Of a stretch of DNA of 64,000 nt, positions 37,301-47,927 are shown piece after piece (position 1 is the first letter of the stretch; each line of letters opens with the position of its first letter). Source of the DNA: Myxococcota bacterium. GTDB taxonomy: Bacteria > Myxococcota_A > UBA796 > CAJQPC01. The stretch spans positions 192,001-256,000 of the forward strand of contig DASCPX010000070.1 in assembly GCA_036012755.1 (NCBI GenBank), given 5' to 3'. A program made the position numbers and the translations under genes. Below the pieces are notes generated by a model, which worked only from the letters and a program-made list of their open reading frames with translations, did not search any database and was not told the origin of the DNA.

Positions 37301-39079
37301 ATGTTGCTCTTCGCCCTGTCCTGCTCCGACTACCAGCTCAACTCGAACCAGGACGTCGGGGATCCCTTCGACTCGGGCTACGACGACATCTGCGACAACC
37401 TCGCGGCCGAGGCGGGCGAGGTCGACATGCTCGAGGAGTGCATCATCGAGCCGGTCGTCGGCGGGTGGACGCCGGTGCTGGAGTGGGCGAACGAGGGCCC
37501 GGGCGACACCTACACGACCCCGGTCGTCGGCCACCTCGATGGGGACGACAACCCAGAGGTCGTCGTCGCCAACACGGTCGGTGTGCTCTACGCCCTCGAC
37601 GGCGTCACGGGTGAGATCGAGTGGTCCGGGGGTAGCTTCGGCAGCGAGCCCATGACCGCGGCGATCGGGGATCTCGACGGCGACGGGCTCGCCGAGGTCG
37701 TCGGCAGCGGCTCCTACGGGACCAGCGCGTACCGCGGCGACGGCACCCTGATGTGGCAGACCTCTGCCACCCCGGCTGGCAACACCCCCCAGTGCGGCGC
37801 GGTCGGCATCCACGACCTCGACGGGGACGGGCTCGCCGAGGTCGTCATCGGCAACCTCATCCTCAACGGAGCGGACGGCTCCACCCGGGGGATCGGTGGC
37901 CAGGGCGCTGGCGCCGGGCATCCCTGGGCTGCGCCCATGGGTGTGGCCGCGGACATCGACCTCGACGGTGACCTCGAGGTCGTCGTCGGCAACGCCCTCT
38001 ATGACGCAGACGGCAACACGATCTGGACCAACGGCCAGAGCGATGGCTTCGTCGCCGTGGGGAACTTCGACGACGACGACTACGGCGAGATCGTCGTGAC
38101 GCGAGAGGGCAGCCTGCGCCTGCAGGACGACGACGGCAGCGTCATCTGGCAGCGCTCCGAACTCACCGGCTACACGATCGGGCCGCCCACCGTCGCGGAC
38201 TTCGACGGCGACGGCGAGCCCGAGATCGGTGTCGCCGGAAACGGCGTCTACATGGTCGTCGACACCGACGGCGCCACGATGTGGGGCAACACCACCCAGG
38301 ACTACAGCTCGGGCTTCACGGGCTCGGCGGTCTTCGACTTCGAGGGCGACGGGATCGCAGAGGTCATCTACGCCGACGAGAACGACGTCTGGGTCTACAA
38401 CGGCCTCAACGGCGAGGTGAAGCTGAAGGAGACGCGGCACTCCAGCGCCACCTGCAGCGAGTACCCGGCCATCGCCGACGTCGACGCCGACGGCCACGCC
38501 GAGATCATCTACACCTCCAGCTCCTACACCGGCACCGAGCGCGGCGTTCGTGTCATCGGTGACGCCAACGACAGCTGGCAGAGCGCGCGAGAGGTCTGGA
38601 ACCAGCACGGCTACAGCGTCACGAACGTCGACGACGACGCCTCCATCCCCGCCTCGGTCGAGCCGAACTGGCTGCGCTACAACACCTTCCGCTCCGGAGA
38701 CGTGCTCGCCGGACTGCAGGGTGAGCTTCCGGATCTCACCGGCACCATCGATGTCTGCGAGGTCCACTGCGACGAGGGCGAGGTCGTCGTCTGGGTCCAG
38801 GTCATGAACCAGGGCGTCGCTGATGTCGTCGACCCCTTCCCAGTCGGTGTGTACGCCGTGACGGGAGACGGCCACGTCCTGCTCGAGGAACAGACCGTAG
38901 AGGATGGTGTCCGCGCAGGGCGCTCCAACGACGCCATCGAGTTCCGCGTCGACATCACCGGTCTCGAGATCTACGCGCTCGTCGCCAAGATCGACGGCGG
39001 GGACGAGGAGCTCGGGCTGGTCTCGGACTGTAACGAGTGGAACGACGCGGCGGTCTGGGGTCAGTCGGTCTGCGAGTAG
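37301..39079 (+). CDS. FG-GAP/VCBS-repeat beta-propeller lipoprotein with CARDB-like C-terminus
   Basis: MLLFALSC; repeated DLDGDGxxEVV; VFDFEGDGIAEVIYADE; WNQHGYSVTNV; LPDL...VxNQG...DCNEWND. Confidence 0.85.
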   Translation: MLLFALSCSDYQLNSNQDVGDPFDSGYDDICDNLAAEAGEVDMLEECIIEPVVGGWTPVLEWANEGPGDTYTTPVVGHLDGDDNPEVVVANTVGVLYALDGVTGEIEWSGGSFGSEPMTAAIGDLDGDGLAEVVGSGSYGTSAYRGDGTLMWQTSATPAGNTPQCGAVGIHDLDGDGLAEVVIGNLILNGADGSTRGIGGQGAGAGHPWAAPMGVAADIDLDGDLEVVVGNALYDADGNTIWTNGQSDGFVAVGNFDDDDYGEIVVTREGSLRLQDDDGSVIWQRSELTGYTIGPPTVADFDGDGEPEIGVAGNGVYMVVDTDGATMWGNTTQDYSSGFTGSAVFDFEGDGIAEVIYADENDVWVYNGLNGEVKLKETRHSSATCSEYPAIADVDADGHAEIIYTSSSYTGTERGVRVIGDANDSWQSAREVWNQHGYSVTNVDDDASIPASVEPNWLRYNTFRSGDVLAGLQGELPDLTGTIDVCEVHCDEGEVVVWVQVMNQGVADVVDPFPVGVYAVTGDGHVLLEEQTVEDGVRAGRSNDAIEFRVDITGLEIYALVAKIDGGDEELGLVSDCNEWNDAAVWGQSVCE

Positions 39080-39080
39080 G

Positions 39081-40909
39081 TCAGTCGGTCACACAGAGCG
39101 GCAGTACGAGGATGCTGTAGTAGGCATCCAGGGCGATCGTGGCTTGCGTTGCGTTCATCTGACCCGGGGGAGACTCGGACACGATCTGTACGGGATCGTA
39201 GTGTTCCTTCATCACTAGGAAGGCCTTCGCACAGTCCTCTTCCTTGCCCCTGACCACGCGCTCGGGGGCCGAGTGGATGTGGGCGTAGACCTCTTCCGCT
39301 GATGCGAAGCGGCCCGGGACGCCGACCAGGCAGCCGAGGTCGCGAGGTGAGGCGACCACGCTCCAGAGCTGCCGGGTGATCCAGTCGGGGTCCTCCTGGC
39401 CTTCCGCGAGCTGTTGGACTCGGAAGCTGGCCATCTCGGCCTTGGTGCGATGCAGCTCCCTGCACCAGTCTGTGTCGGTTCGTACGATGCCCCCTTCGAG
39501 TTCGGCGTATGCTCGTGTGACTCCCCACAGGACCTCTGGGGTCAGCCCGAGGTGTGCCGCCCTGTTCCGCTCGTAGCTCTCTGCGGCGACGACGATCGCC
39601 TGGATGTGGTCGTCGACCCACTTGGACTGGTCGACGGTGATGAGCCCTCCGATAGAGGACGTCGCCATGGCCTCTTCGATGCGCCCCGCCGAAGCGTAGA
39701 CCCTGGCCTCGTGGAGCAGCGCGAGATCACCGAGGGTCTCCGGAGAGTCCGGGCGAAGGGGGGTCTCCCCTGCTCCGCTGACCTCGACGAGGACGCGCAC
39801 CTCTCTCGCCTTCCTGGGACGTTGCTCAGTGGGAAGCAACGCTCGATGGCACCGAAGAGCCCATCGCTCTTTTCGATTCGCCAGTCGACCGCGTAGCCGG
39901 TGAGCTCGAAGAGGTAGTGCTCCTCGTCGCGGAAGAGGTTCACGGCGCTTCGCTGGACCTCGTGCTCGCCCTGGTTGTCGTGCGCGGCGACCAGTCCGTG
40001 CTCGATCCACAGCCCATACGCCTCTTCCAGGAGCTCGGGGTAGCTGTCGTGGTGCTTCGGGAAGCCGTGCTTGCGGGCGTGAGCCTACATCTCGTCGTAG
40101 CGCTGGCAGTCCCGTCCAAGGTCGCCAAGGGCGTCCAGGCGCATCGCAAACGCCGCCAACTGCTTGTTGTCGTTCGGATCTTCTACCGTGGACCCAACGG
40201 CGTCGAGGACGTCGATCCTGACCTGTTCCCAGGCGGTGTACGCCGCCGCAGCGCGGCTCGCCGTGCGCTCCTCGAGCCCGGCCTTCAGCTCGGCGAGGGC
40301 GTCGCGGGGCGCCTGGTAGCCAGGGTCCAGCATCACGGCCGGGGACCAGCTGTACTCGGCGGCCGTCGAGTCGCCGAGAGACTGTTCGTGCGTGCCCTGG
40401 CCGAAGGCCGCGAAGGCCTCGAAGGACTCCGTCGGTGTCTGGACGATGACCTTGCGCCTGGCCGCTCCGCTCAACTCCAGCTCGAGGTCGTCCAGGAGGG
40501 CCTCGACGAGCTCCTTTTCCACCGCGACGAAGTCCGCCGGCGTGCCGTCTGCTGCCGCTGCTTCGAGGATGTCGCCGGTCTCGACCGAGACGACGCGTGC
40601 CTCGAGCAGGAAGCGACCCTCGATGATGGAGTAGGTGCCCACGACCACCAGGTCGGCGCCCAGACCGGAGCCCGCCATCTGGGCGGTAGCAGGATCCAGG
40701 TAGCCCTCGGTACCCAGCTCGATCTCTGCGAGCACGGCGTCGAGCCGGGTCCGCTCGACGAGGGTCAGGCCCTCGACCTCGGACAGGTCGGCGACGATCA
40801 TGCCGGCCAGGGGCGCGCCGAGACCCTCGTAGCGCTCGCCGGCGGAGCCCTTCTCCAGGGGCAGGACCGCCAGGGTGGTAGCGCCAGCGAGGCCGAGGAG
40901 CGCGAGCAC
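39081..40909 (-). pseudogene. Secreted CsgG/TolB-N(FlgO)-like domain protein with helical C-terminus; in-frame TAG (40085-40087) and frameshift (~39830)
   Basis: TLAVLPL...LVERTRLDAVLAEIEL...GADLVVVG...ARVVSVETG. After YDEM* the frame continues into ORF 39542..39943, then coding shifts frame (TEQRPRKAREV...) and runs to 39081. Confidence 0.7.
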
Positions 40910-41266
40910 TCAGTCCGCTTCGAGGTCGAAGGAAACGGTCATGCGCTGGCCGACGAGCTCGACCCGGACCTGGTTTCGGTCCTCTGTCAACCGGTCGCCG
41001 ATGGGGATGTCGACGACCTTCAGGAGCTCTGGCCAGGTCCGTCGGAGGCTGGACTCGATGCCGCGGCGGGCGCGGTCGTCGAGCTCGCCGATCACCGTCG
41101 CCGTGAGCTGGCCGTGGAAGCGCATGTAGTTGTTCAAGCGCGGAACGCGGAAGGCGCTGTCGTCGTGGAAGTCGATGGAGATGCTGGAGAAGTCCACGGC
41201 GACGCCGTGCTCCAGCAACACCTCGACGACGGTGCCGAGCAGCAGTCGGCGGAAGAAGTCCCACAT
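40910..41266 (-). CDS. Hypothetical protein
   Basis: MWDFFRRLLLG...; tightly packed in a minus-strand operon. Confidence 0.65.
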   Translation of the reverse strand: MWDFFRRLLLGTVVEVLLEHGVAVDFSSISIDFHDDSAFRVPRLNNYMRFHGQLTATVIGELDDRARRGIESSLRRTWPELLKVVDIPIGDRLTEDRNQVRVELVGQRMTVSFDLEAD

Positions 41267-41270
41267 GGGC

Positions 41271-41708
41271 TCACCCGTGGTTCGAGAGGAGGTTGTCGAG
41301 CACCCGGCCCCACGCCGCGTCGAAGTAGTCGATGTAGGCGTCCCAGTCTTCGCCGGTGCCATCGATCAGCTGGGTCAGGCGCAGTCCAGTCCTGGGGCCG
41401 CGATCCTCGAGCTCCAGGATGACCTGGGTCCGTGCGCCTGCAGCGCGCAGCCGCGGGATCGTGGGGGGTGCGTTCCACGAGAAGACCAACAGCCGCGGAG
41501 GCAACAACGCGAGGATGCGACAGCGCTCCGCCCCGCGCAGTCCAGGGGGTGCCTCGGGCATGAAGTACCACTCGTAGGCGCCCCCCACGCGCGGCTCCAC
41601 CCAGGCCTCGGGCGGCCCCATCTCGCAGACCCCCGCGGCGGTGGTCCAGCTCGTCCACACGGCGTCGATCGCCGCGGGGACCTCGACCTGCTTGCCGATG
41701 GTGCGCAC
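41271..41708 (-). CDS. SRPBCC / AHSA1-like domain protein
   Basis: VPAAIDAVWTSWTT, PRVGGAYEWYF, PPRLLVFSWNAPP, YFDAAWGRVLDNL. Confidence 0.87.
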   Translation of the reverse strand: MRTIGKQVEVPAAIDAVWTSWTTAAGVCEMGPPEAWVEPRVGGAYEWYFMPEAPPGLRGAERCRILALLPPRLLVFSWNAPPTIPRLRAAGARTQVILELEDRGPRTGLRLTQLIDGTGEDWDAYIDYFDAAWGRVLDNLLSNHG

Positions 41709-41722
41709 GCTCGGCTCCTCGG

Positions 41723-42196
41723 TCAGGTGCTGTATCTCGCCATGAGCGCGACGCGCTTGTCCCCGCCCTCGGTGTCCTGCTCGCCGACGATCTCGAAGCC
41801 GTGTCGTCGATGAAAGCGCAACGATCCTGCATTCATCGGCCTGATGTTGACCTCGCAGGTGGTGGGCAACAGCGGTTCGAGGCGGAACAACTCCTGGTAG
41901 AGCCGCGCGCCGAGCCCCAGCCCCTGGTGATCGCTGTGGACGGCGATGCGGTCGACATAGGCATGAGCGTCGAAGCGCTCCTCGAACCAGCGGTAGTTCA
42001 GCGAGCCGTAGGGCTCGCCCGGACCGAGCACAATGAGAAAGGCGGTGATCTCGGGTCCTCCGGCGACGAGGAAGTGACTGGACCAGCCGACCAGCTCGCG
42101 CAGGCGCCGCATGTCGAGGTCCCCGACCGCCGGCCGGTTCGACTGGTTGATGGCGAGGACCTCGTCGAGATCCTCGGGACTCAGCGGCCGGATCAC
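41723..42196 (-). CDS. GNAT-family N-acetyltransferase
   Basis: YxSLNYRWF, YVDRIAV, QGLGLGARLY, CEVN..PMN..SLRFH...GF. Confidence 0.88.
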   Translation of the reverse strand: MIRPLSPEDLDEVLAINQSNRPAVGDLDMRRLRELVGWSSHFLVAGGPEITAFLIVLGPGEPYGSLNYRWFEERFDAHAYVDRIAVHSDHQGLGLGARLYQELFRLEPLLPTTCEVNIRPMNAGSLRFHRRHGFEIVGEQDTEGGDKRVALMARYST

Positions 42197-42201
42197 CAGC
42201 C

Positions 42202-42723
42202 CTACATCAGCACGAAGCGGAGCCGCGTGAGGCCGATCTGGACCTCCTCGCCGCCGAAGAGCCTCGCGCTCTCCACGAGGCGGCCGTTCACCAGGGTCCC
42301 GTTGGTGGAGCCGAGGTCCTCTACGTAGAAGCTGTCACCGTTGCGGGTGATCTGTGCGTGGTTGCGGCTGACCTCGCCATCCACGGAGATCTGGAGGTCG
42401 TTCTTCCGCCCTCGCCCGATCGAGAAGTGGAGCTGGGCCGGGCCGATGGCGTGGGCCTGCTCGGAGATCTCGTCCATGAGGTGCGCCACCGCCGTGCCCG
42501 GCATGGGATCGATGGCCTCGCCGCAGCTCGCGCCCTCTGGTCGCTCGCCGTCGAAGCCTCCAAAGACGCCGGTCGGCTCCTCGTCGTCCCAGGTGCGGAG
42601 CCAGTCGTCGTCGCCCACCTCTGGGCCGTCGTCGATCGTGATCGCCTCTTCGGCGGCTCGGTCGGCGGAGAGCTTGGCCGCGAGCTTCGCCCACTCCGCC
42701 GGGTCGTCGTGTAGTTCACCCAT
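42202..42723 (-). CDS. FHA domain protein
   Basis: IGRG..ND, VSRNHAQI, EDLGSTNGTLVNG. Confidence 0.9.
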   Translation of the reverse strand: MGELHDDPAEWAKLAAKLSADRAAEEAITIDDGPEVGDDDWLRTWDDEEPTGVFGGFDGERPEGASCGEAIDPMPGTAVAHLMDEISEQAHAIGPAQLHFSIGRGRKNDLQISVDGEVSRNHAQITRNGDSFYVEDLGSTNGTLVNGRLVESARLFGGEEVQIGLTRLRFVLM

Positions 42724-43654
42724 GGTCTGAATCTACCGCGATCAGCGAGGCGATCGCCGTCAACGCGCTGTCGCTGGCCCGGGACAGACCGGCGATGTTG
42801 AGGAAGCCGTGGACGAGGCTGTCGAAGCGGACCAGCTCGACCTCGCCTCCTGCGGCGCGCATGGCCTCTGCGTAGGCGATGCCCTCGTCGCGCAGGGGGT
42901 CGAAGCCGGCGACGATGACGTGGGCCGGAGGGAGGCCCCCGAGCTGGCCATTGATGGCCGACATCCGCGGGTCCTTCATGTCCGCTCCCTGGGCGTAGGT
43001 GAAGGTGAACCAGCGCTTGAGCTGCTCGGTCAGCATCAGCCCCTCGGCGAACAGCGCCTTGCTGGGGTAGGGCCCGACGAAGTCCGTGCCGGGGTAGATG
43101 AGGAGCTGGCGCTCGATGCCCTCGACGCGCTGTGACAGTACGGCCGCGAGGTTCCCGCCGGCGCTGTCGCCCCCCACGGCGAGCGAGTCAAGGCCGAGGT
43201 CCTGGCACTGTCGCCACATGGCCTCGACGTCCTCGATGGCGGCGGGGAAGGGGTGCTCCGGGGCCAGCCTGTACTCCCCCGAGATCACGACACGCCCGCT
43301 GTCGCTGGCGAGGCGGCGACAGATGCTGTCGTGGGTGTCGATCGAGCCGATGACGAAGCCGCCCCCGTGGAAGTAGAGCAGCCCACGGCTCGCGGCCGGG
43401 CCGGGTCGGTAGATCCGCAGGCGACCCTGGTCCTCGACCGAGTGGAGCTCGACCCGTGCGGGGCCTCCCAGGCGAGAGCTGCGCCGGTAGCGCGCCCGGG
43501 AGAGCTCCGGATCGATGTCGTGGAGGCGCGGCATCCACTCCTGGGCGGCGCAGAGGACGTGCAGCTCCGGGTCCAGGCACAGGCCGTCGCGCTCCAGCGG
43601 GGTGACGACGCGGCTCAGGGCGCGGGTGAGACCGATGGTGATGGGGCGAAGCAC
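42716..43654 (-). CDS. HSL-family alpha/beta hydrolase (esterase/lipase)
   Basis: YFHGGGF, YRLAPEHPFPAA, GDSAGGNLA, DPLRDEG, HGF. GTG start at 43654. Confidence 0.92.
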   Translation of the reverse strand: MLRPITIGLTRALSRVVTPLERDGLCLDPELHVLCAAQEWMPRLHDIDPELSRARYRRSSRLGGPARVELHSVEDQGRLRIYRPGPAASRGLLYFHGGGFVIGSIDTHDSICRRLASDSGRVVISGEYRLAPEHPFPAAIEDVEAMWRQCQDLGLDSLAVGGDSAGGNLAAVLSQRVEGIERQLLIYPGTDFVGPYPSKALFAEGLMLTEQLKRWFTFTYAQGADMKDPRMSAINGQLGGLPPAHVIVAGFDPLRDEGIAYAEAMRAAGGEVELVRFDSLVHGFLNIAGLSRASDSALTAIASLIAVDSDHG

Positions 43655-43678
43655 GGCCGGCGAGTCTACGCTCTGGCA
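43655..43678. promoter_or_regulatory. 24-nt bidirectional promoter with overlapping -10 hexamers
   Basis: Top strand TACGCT (43667-43672) lies 6 nt before ATG 43679. Bottom strand TAGACT (43663-43668) lies 8 nt before GTG 43654. Confidence 0.6.
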
Positions 43679-44761
43679 ATGTTCCTGATCGGCCTTGCCT
43701 GCACCGACCCGGCCCCCCTCCCACGTGAACCCAACGAGCTGCCCGACGACGATCTCGACGTCACCTGGCCTGAGCGCCCGGAGGTCGACGCCCTCGTCCT
43801 CGAGGAGATGGAGCGGGCCCACATCCCGGGCGTCGCCGCCTGCACGCTCTCGGACTTCCAGGTGGACTGGTGCCAGGGCTACGGGTGGGCCGAGCTCGAG
43901 ACGGAGACCCCTGCCACCGAGGCCACGCCTTTCTTGCTCGCCAGCGTCTCCAAGACCGTCATCGCCGTGACGGCGCTGGAGGCCAGTCGGGACGGCCAGC
44001 TCGCCCTCGACGCGCCATTGTCGGTGGGCTTCGCGGTCCAGCATCCGGTCGAGGTCGACCACGAGATCACGCCGCGCATGCTCGGGAGCCACGTCGCTGG
44101 CATCGTCGACAACTGGGACGTGCTCGAGGCCGACTACGTCCAAGGCGACTCGGAGGTGCCGCTGGGCCAGTGGTGCGAGAGCTATTTCGTCGAGGGCGGC
44201 GAGCGGTACTCGCGACGACGCAACTTCGGCGACGCCCCCGAGGAGAGCTACGAGTACTCCAACGCCGGGGCGACGCTGCTCGCCTACGGCGTCGAGTACG
44301 CGGTGGGGCAGGACTTCGCGGACTACAGCGAAGAGCGCGTCTTCGGCCCCCTCGCGATGGACGAGACCAGCTGGCACCTGGCCACCCTCGATGCCGAGCC
44401 CGCCATGCCCTACACCTACCGACAGGGCGAGTACGAGGCAGAGGGGCACTATGGCTTCCCCGACTACCCGGACGGTCAGCTCAGGAGCAGCGCTCGGGAC
44501 CTCGGCGTCTTCCTCGAGGCGTGGGGCCGGGACGAGGACCTCCGCGAGATCGCCTGGTCCGGACTCGACGAGGACCAGGGCTTCGTCTGGTACCGCTGGG
44601 AGTTCGCCGGCGAGGAGATCTGGGGCCACAACGGCGGCGAGGTCGGGGTCGCCACGGAGATCGCGCTCTTCGACGACGGGCGAGGCTTCGTGGTCCTGCA
44701 GAACGGTGAGGGGCGCTGGGACTCGCTCTACAAGATCGAGGAGGCGGTCCTGGGGCTGTAG
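43679..44761 (+). CDS. Serine hydrolase (beta-lactamase/PBP-like), predicted lipoprotein
   Basis: MFLIGLAC; ASVSKT, YEYSNAG, GHNGG. Confidence 0.88.
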   Translation: MFLIGLACTDPAPLPREPNELPDDDLDVTWPERPEVDALVLEEMERAHIPGVAACTLSDFQVDWCQGYGWAELETETPATEATPFLLASVSKTVIAVTALEASRDGQLALDAPLSVGFAVQHPVEVDHEITPRMLGSHVAGIVDNWDVLEADYVQGDSEVPLGQWCESYFVEGGERYSRRRNFGDAPEESYEYSNAGATLLAYGVEYAVGQDFADYSEERVFGPLAMDETSWHLATLDAEPAMPYTYRQGEYEAEGHYGFPDYPDGQLRSSARDLGVFLEAWGRDEDLREIAWSGLDEDQGFVWYRWEFAGEEIWGHNGGEVGVATEIALFDDGRGFVVLQNGEGRWDSLYKIEEAVLGL

Positions 44762-44787
44762 AACTGGGCTCCGGGTATCCTCCGTGG

Positions 44788-46737
44788 GTGTCCCTGCTGT
44801 GTCTGTTGGCCTGCGCGCCGGAGCTCCTCGCGCCGCCGGTCCTCGACAACCCCGTCCACGACTTCGATCACGACGGCTTCGCCGAGCTCGACGGGGACTG
44901 CGACGACGCAGCGCCCCTGGTGAACCCCGGCGCGGAGGAGCTCTGCAACGGCCTCGACGACGACTGCGATGGTCTCTCGGACGAGCCCGACGCCAGCGAC
45001 GCCCGGACCTTCTGGCTGGACACCGACGGCGACGGCTTCGGCACCACCGCGGTGCCGGCCTGCTCCCAGCCCCCGACAGCGTCGATCCTGGCCGGGGACT
45101 GCGATGACGCGGACCCCGCCATCAACCCCGGGGCGCTCGAGTTCTGCAACACCCTCGACGACGACTGCGACGGCGAGATCGACGAGGAGGACGCCACCGA
45201 CTGCTCCGTCTACTACGAGGACCTCGACGGGGATGGCTACGGCACACAGATCGAGGCCTGCCTTTGCGAAGCCACCGGGGACTTCAGCGCCACGTCCTCG
45301 GGCGACTGCGACGACAGCACGGACAGCGCCAGTCCCGACGCCGCCGAGGTCTGTGGAAACGGCCAGGACGACGACTGTGACGGGCTGTCGGTCAACAGCT
45401 GCTTCACCGACACGGTCTCCGCAGCGGATGCGGATCTGCGTCTCCGCGCAGAGGAGGGCGGGGACCGTCTGGGGCACGCCGCGGCGCTGGCGGACCTCGA
45501 CGGCGATGGGGATCTCGAGGTCATCCTGGGGGCCGTGAACCACGAGGGCGCCGAGCCCCAGTCCGGTCGGGCCTACGTGCTCGAGGGCCCCATCCACGAC
45601 AAGGCCTCCGGGGGGGTCGTCGATGTCGAGGCCGCCGAGTGGATCTGGGACGGCGCCGGCCTGAATCACCGCGTCGGCTCCTCGTTCGCGGTGTTGGACA
45701 GCGACGACGACGGCGTGTCCGAGCTGGTCGTTGGCGCGCTGGGCGCTGACGACAGCGGTGAGCTGGCCGGGGCCGCCTATGTCGTCTCGTGGCCACCCTC
45801 GGGCTCGGGAGCCATGGAGGACATCGCCGATGTCACCCTCCTCGGGCGAGGCGCCGAGGACAAGCTCGGAGGCTGGGTCTGTGGTCTCGGAGATGTCGAC
45901 GGGGACGGCCTGGACGACCTCCTCGTCGGAGCCGCACGGGCGACCTACGACTTCGACAAGGAAGGCGCCGCGTACCTGGTCCTCGGTCCGCTCGATCAGG
46001 GCGGGGTCGCGGACGAGCTGTCCGCCCTCGTGCTCACCGGAGAGTCCGACAGCTCGGCACTCGGTTCCGCCATGATGCCTGCCGGGGACCTCGACGCCGA
46101 CGGCCTCGACGACATCGTGCTGGGGGCGTACCAGTTCGCCGACACCGACAACGGCGCGGCCTATGTCATCTCGGGCACGGTTCGCGGGACCCATCGCGTC
46201 GGCGACGTCGCCCTCGTTCGCCTGCTCGGTGACGCCGCCGGCCAGCGCATGGGCGTGGGGATCACCGGCGACGTGGACGTGGACGGAGACGGCCAGGTCG
46301 ACCTCGTCGTCGCTGCGTCCCGAAACGACGAGGCGGGAGAAGAGGCAGGCATCGTCTATGTCTTCCACGGTCCGATCACGGCCCAGCTCGACCTCGAGGA
46401 GGCGGACTCGGTGCTCTGGGGTGACCGCAAGAACCAGCGCGCCGGGGGCCTGCTGCTCAGCGCGGGCGACTTCGACGGCGCGGGGCCCGACGAGCTCCTG
46501 GTGCATGCCCAGAACGCCCTCTACCTCGTGCACACGCCGCTGTTGGAAGAGGACCTCGTCCGTGAGACCTCGACGATGATCGAGGGAGAGGACCCCGTGC
46601 ACTCCTTCGGCTCCAGCGTCGCCCTCGGCGACCTCACCTACGACGGCGTCCCGGATCTGCTCGTCGGCGCCGAGTCCCACCCCGAGCAGGGCATGGAGAG
46701 CGGCGCGGCATACATCTTCCACGGGAGCACGTGGTGA
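44788..46737 (+). CDS. Lipoprotein with DCDD repeats and integrin-like FG-GAP propeller
   Basis: MSLLCLLAC; DCDD repeats; repeated GDVDGDGLDDLLVGA...GAAY units. Confidence 0.85.
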   Translation: MSLLCLLACAPELLAPPVLDNPVHDFDHDGFAELDGDCDDAAPLVNPGAEELCNGLDDDCDGLSDEPDASDARTFWLDTDGDGFGTTAVPACSQPPTASILAGDCDDADPAINPGALEFCNTLDDDCDGEIDEEDATDCSVYYEDLDGDGYGTQIEACLCEATGDFSATSSGDCDDSTDSASPDAAEVCGNGQDDDCDGLSVNSCFTDTVSAADADLRLRAEEGGDRLGHAAALADLDGDGDLEVILGAVNHEGAEPQSGRAYVLEGPIHDKASGGVVDVEAAEWIWDGAGLNHRVGSSFAVLDSDDDGVSELVVGALGADDSGELAGAAYVVSWPPSGSGAMEDIADVTLLGRGAEDKLGGWVCGLGDVDGDGLDDLLVGAARATYDFDKEGAAYLVLGPLDQGGVADELSALVLTGESDSSALGSAMMPAGDLDADGLDDIVLGAYQFADTDNGAAYVISGTVRGTHRVGDVALVRLLGDAAGQRMGVGITGDVDVDGDGQVDLVVAASRNDEAGEEAGIVYVFHGPITAQLDLEEADSVLWGDRKNQRAGGLLLSAGDFDGAGPDELLVHAQNALYLVHTPLLEEDLVRETSTMIEGEDPVHSFGSSVALGDLTYDGVPDLLVGAESHPEQGMESGAAYIFHGSTW

Positions 46738-47927
46738 TCTGGATGTCGCTGTCCCTCGCCGCCCCCCTCGCCATCCACGGGGCGGGCGAGGCCGAGCGCG
46801 CTGCGGAGGTCCTCGGGGAGGCCGGGGCCGGAGACGTCGAGCTGCGCTCCTTTGCCGAGGTCGTGCCCCTAGGAGAGCCCCGGCTCGAGGGCCGAGGCGT
46901 GCTCCTGGTCTGTGAGGGCGAGACCACCCACCGCTACCAGGTGGAGACGGCGCTCTCCACGGCGGAGGCCCACCTCGCCTACGTGAAGTGGGAGGAGGCG
47001 CGCGCGGCGCTGGAGGAGGCGGAGGCGGCCATGCTCTGCCTCGCGGAGCCGATCGACGCGGCGACCGCGGCTCGCGTCCACTACCTCTTCGGCGTCACCG
47101 CTGCCTTCCTCGGCGACGAGGTGGAGGCGCGCTCCTCCTTCGCCCGAGCCCACGTGCTCCAGCCGGGGCTGGTCTGGGATACGCAGTTCCCGCAAAGCGG
47201 GCAGGATCTCTTCGAGCAGGAGGGTCTCCTCGTTGCCGAGCGGCCCTTCGTCGACCTGCTGGTCGTGCCCGAGCCCCGCGCTGCGAAGCTGACGGTCGAC
47301 GGTCGACGGATCTATGCGGCCGGCCGGCGCGTGGAGCTGCGCGCGGGGACCCACATCGTGCAGGGGCCCGGCTGGACGGTCGAGGTCGATCTGTTCCCCG
47401 ACTCGGCCCCGGTGTTCGTCGTGCCAGAGGCCATCGAGGACATAGGCGGTGACTGGCTGATCGACGAGGACGCCTGCCGCTCCCTCGACCAGATCGTCGA
47501 CGCCCAGCCGCCCCTGTTCTTCGTCGCTGGGGACCAGGCCTGGATGAGGGACGGCGAGGGCTGGGAGGCCCTCTCGGACGGAGCCGCCGCGAGCTGCCTG
47601 GACCTCGACCCTCCGCCCACGATCGAGGGCTTTCGCCTGCCCCAGGAGGGTGCGCCTCGCGTGGTGGCGCTGGGTGGAGCCGGGGCGCTGGTCGGTGGTG
47701 GGGGCGTGGCGGTGGCCGGATACCTCGTGGCGGCGCGGGCTGCCCAGGGCGCTGACACCTGGGAGCACTACCAGGCCGCGAAGCCCACCCACGCTCGCGG
47801 CAGCGCCATGCTCTACGGTGGCGAGGCTGTGGCCATCGCCGGAGCCCTCGCCCTTGGTGGAGCCATCGTGGCCGACCGCACGGACCGGGTCCAGCTCGGG
47901 CCTGGGGGCCTGGTGGTGCCGTGGTGA
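46734..47927 (+). CDS. Secreted/membrane protein with TPR-like helices, PEGA-like domain and C-terminal hydrophobic segments
   Basis: GTGA overlap with the upstream stop; short signal MIWMSLSLA; LTVDG...LRAGTHIVQ; Gly-rich TM segments. Confidence 0.65.
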   Translation: MIWMSLSLAAPLAIHGAGEAERAAEVLGEAGAGDVELRSFAEVVPLGEPRLEGRGVLLVCEGETTHRYQVETALSTAEAHLAYVKWEEARAALEEAEAAMLCLAEPIDAATAARVHYLFGVTAAFLGDEVEARSSFARAHVLQPGLVWDTQFPQSGQDLFEQEGLLVAERPFVDLLVVPEPRAAKLTVDGRRIYAAGRRVELRAGTHIVQGPGWTVEVDLFPDSAPVFVVPEAIEDIGGDWLIDEDACRSLDQIVDAQPPLFFVAGDQAWMRDGEGWEALSDGAAASCLDLDPPPTIEGFRLPQEGAPRVVALGGAGALVGGGGVAVAGYLVAARAAQGADTWEHYQAAKPTHARGSAMLYGGEAVAIAGALALGGAIVADRTDRVQLGPGGLVVPW

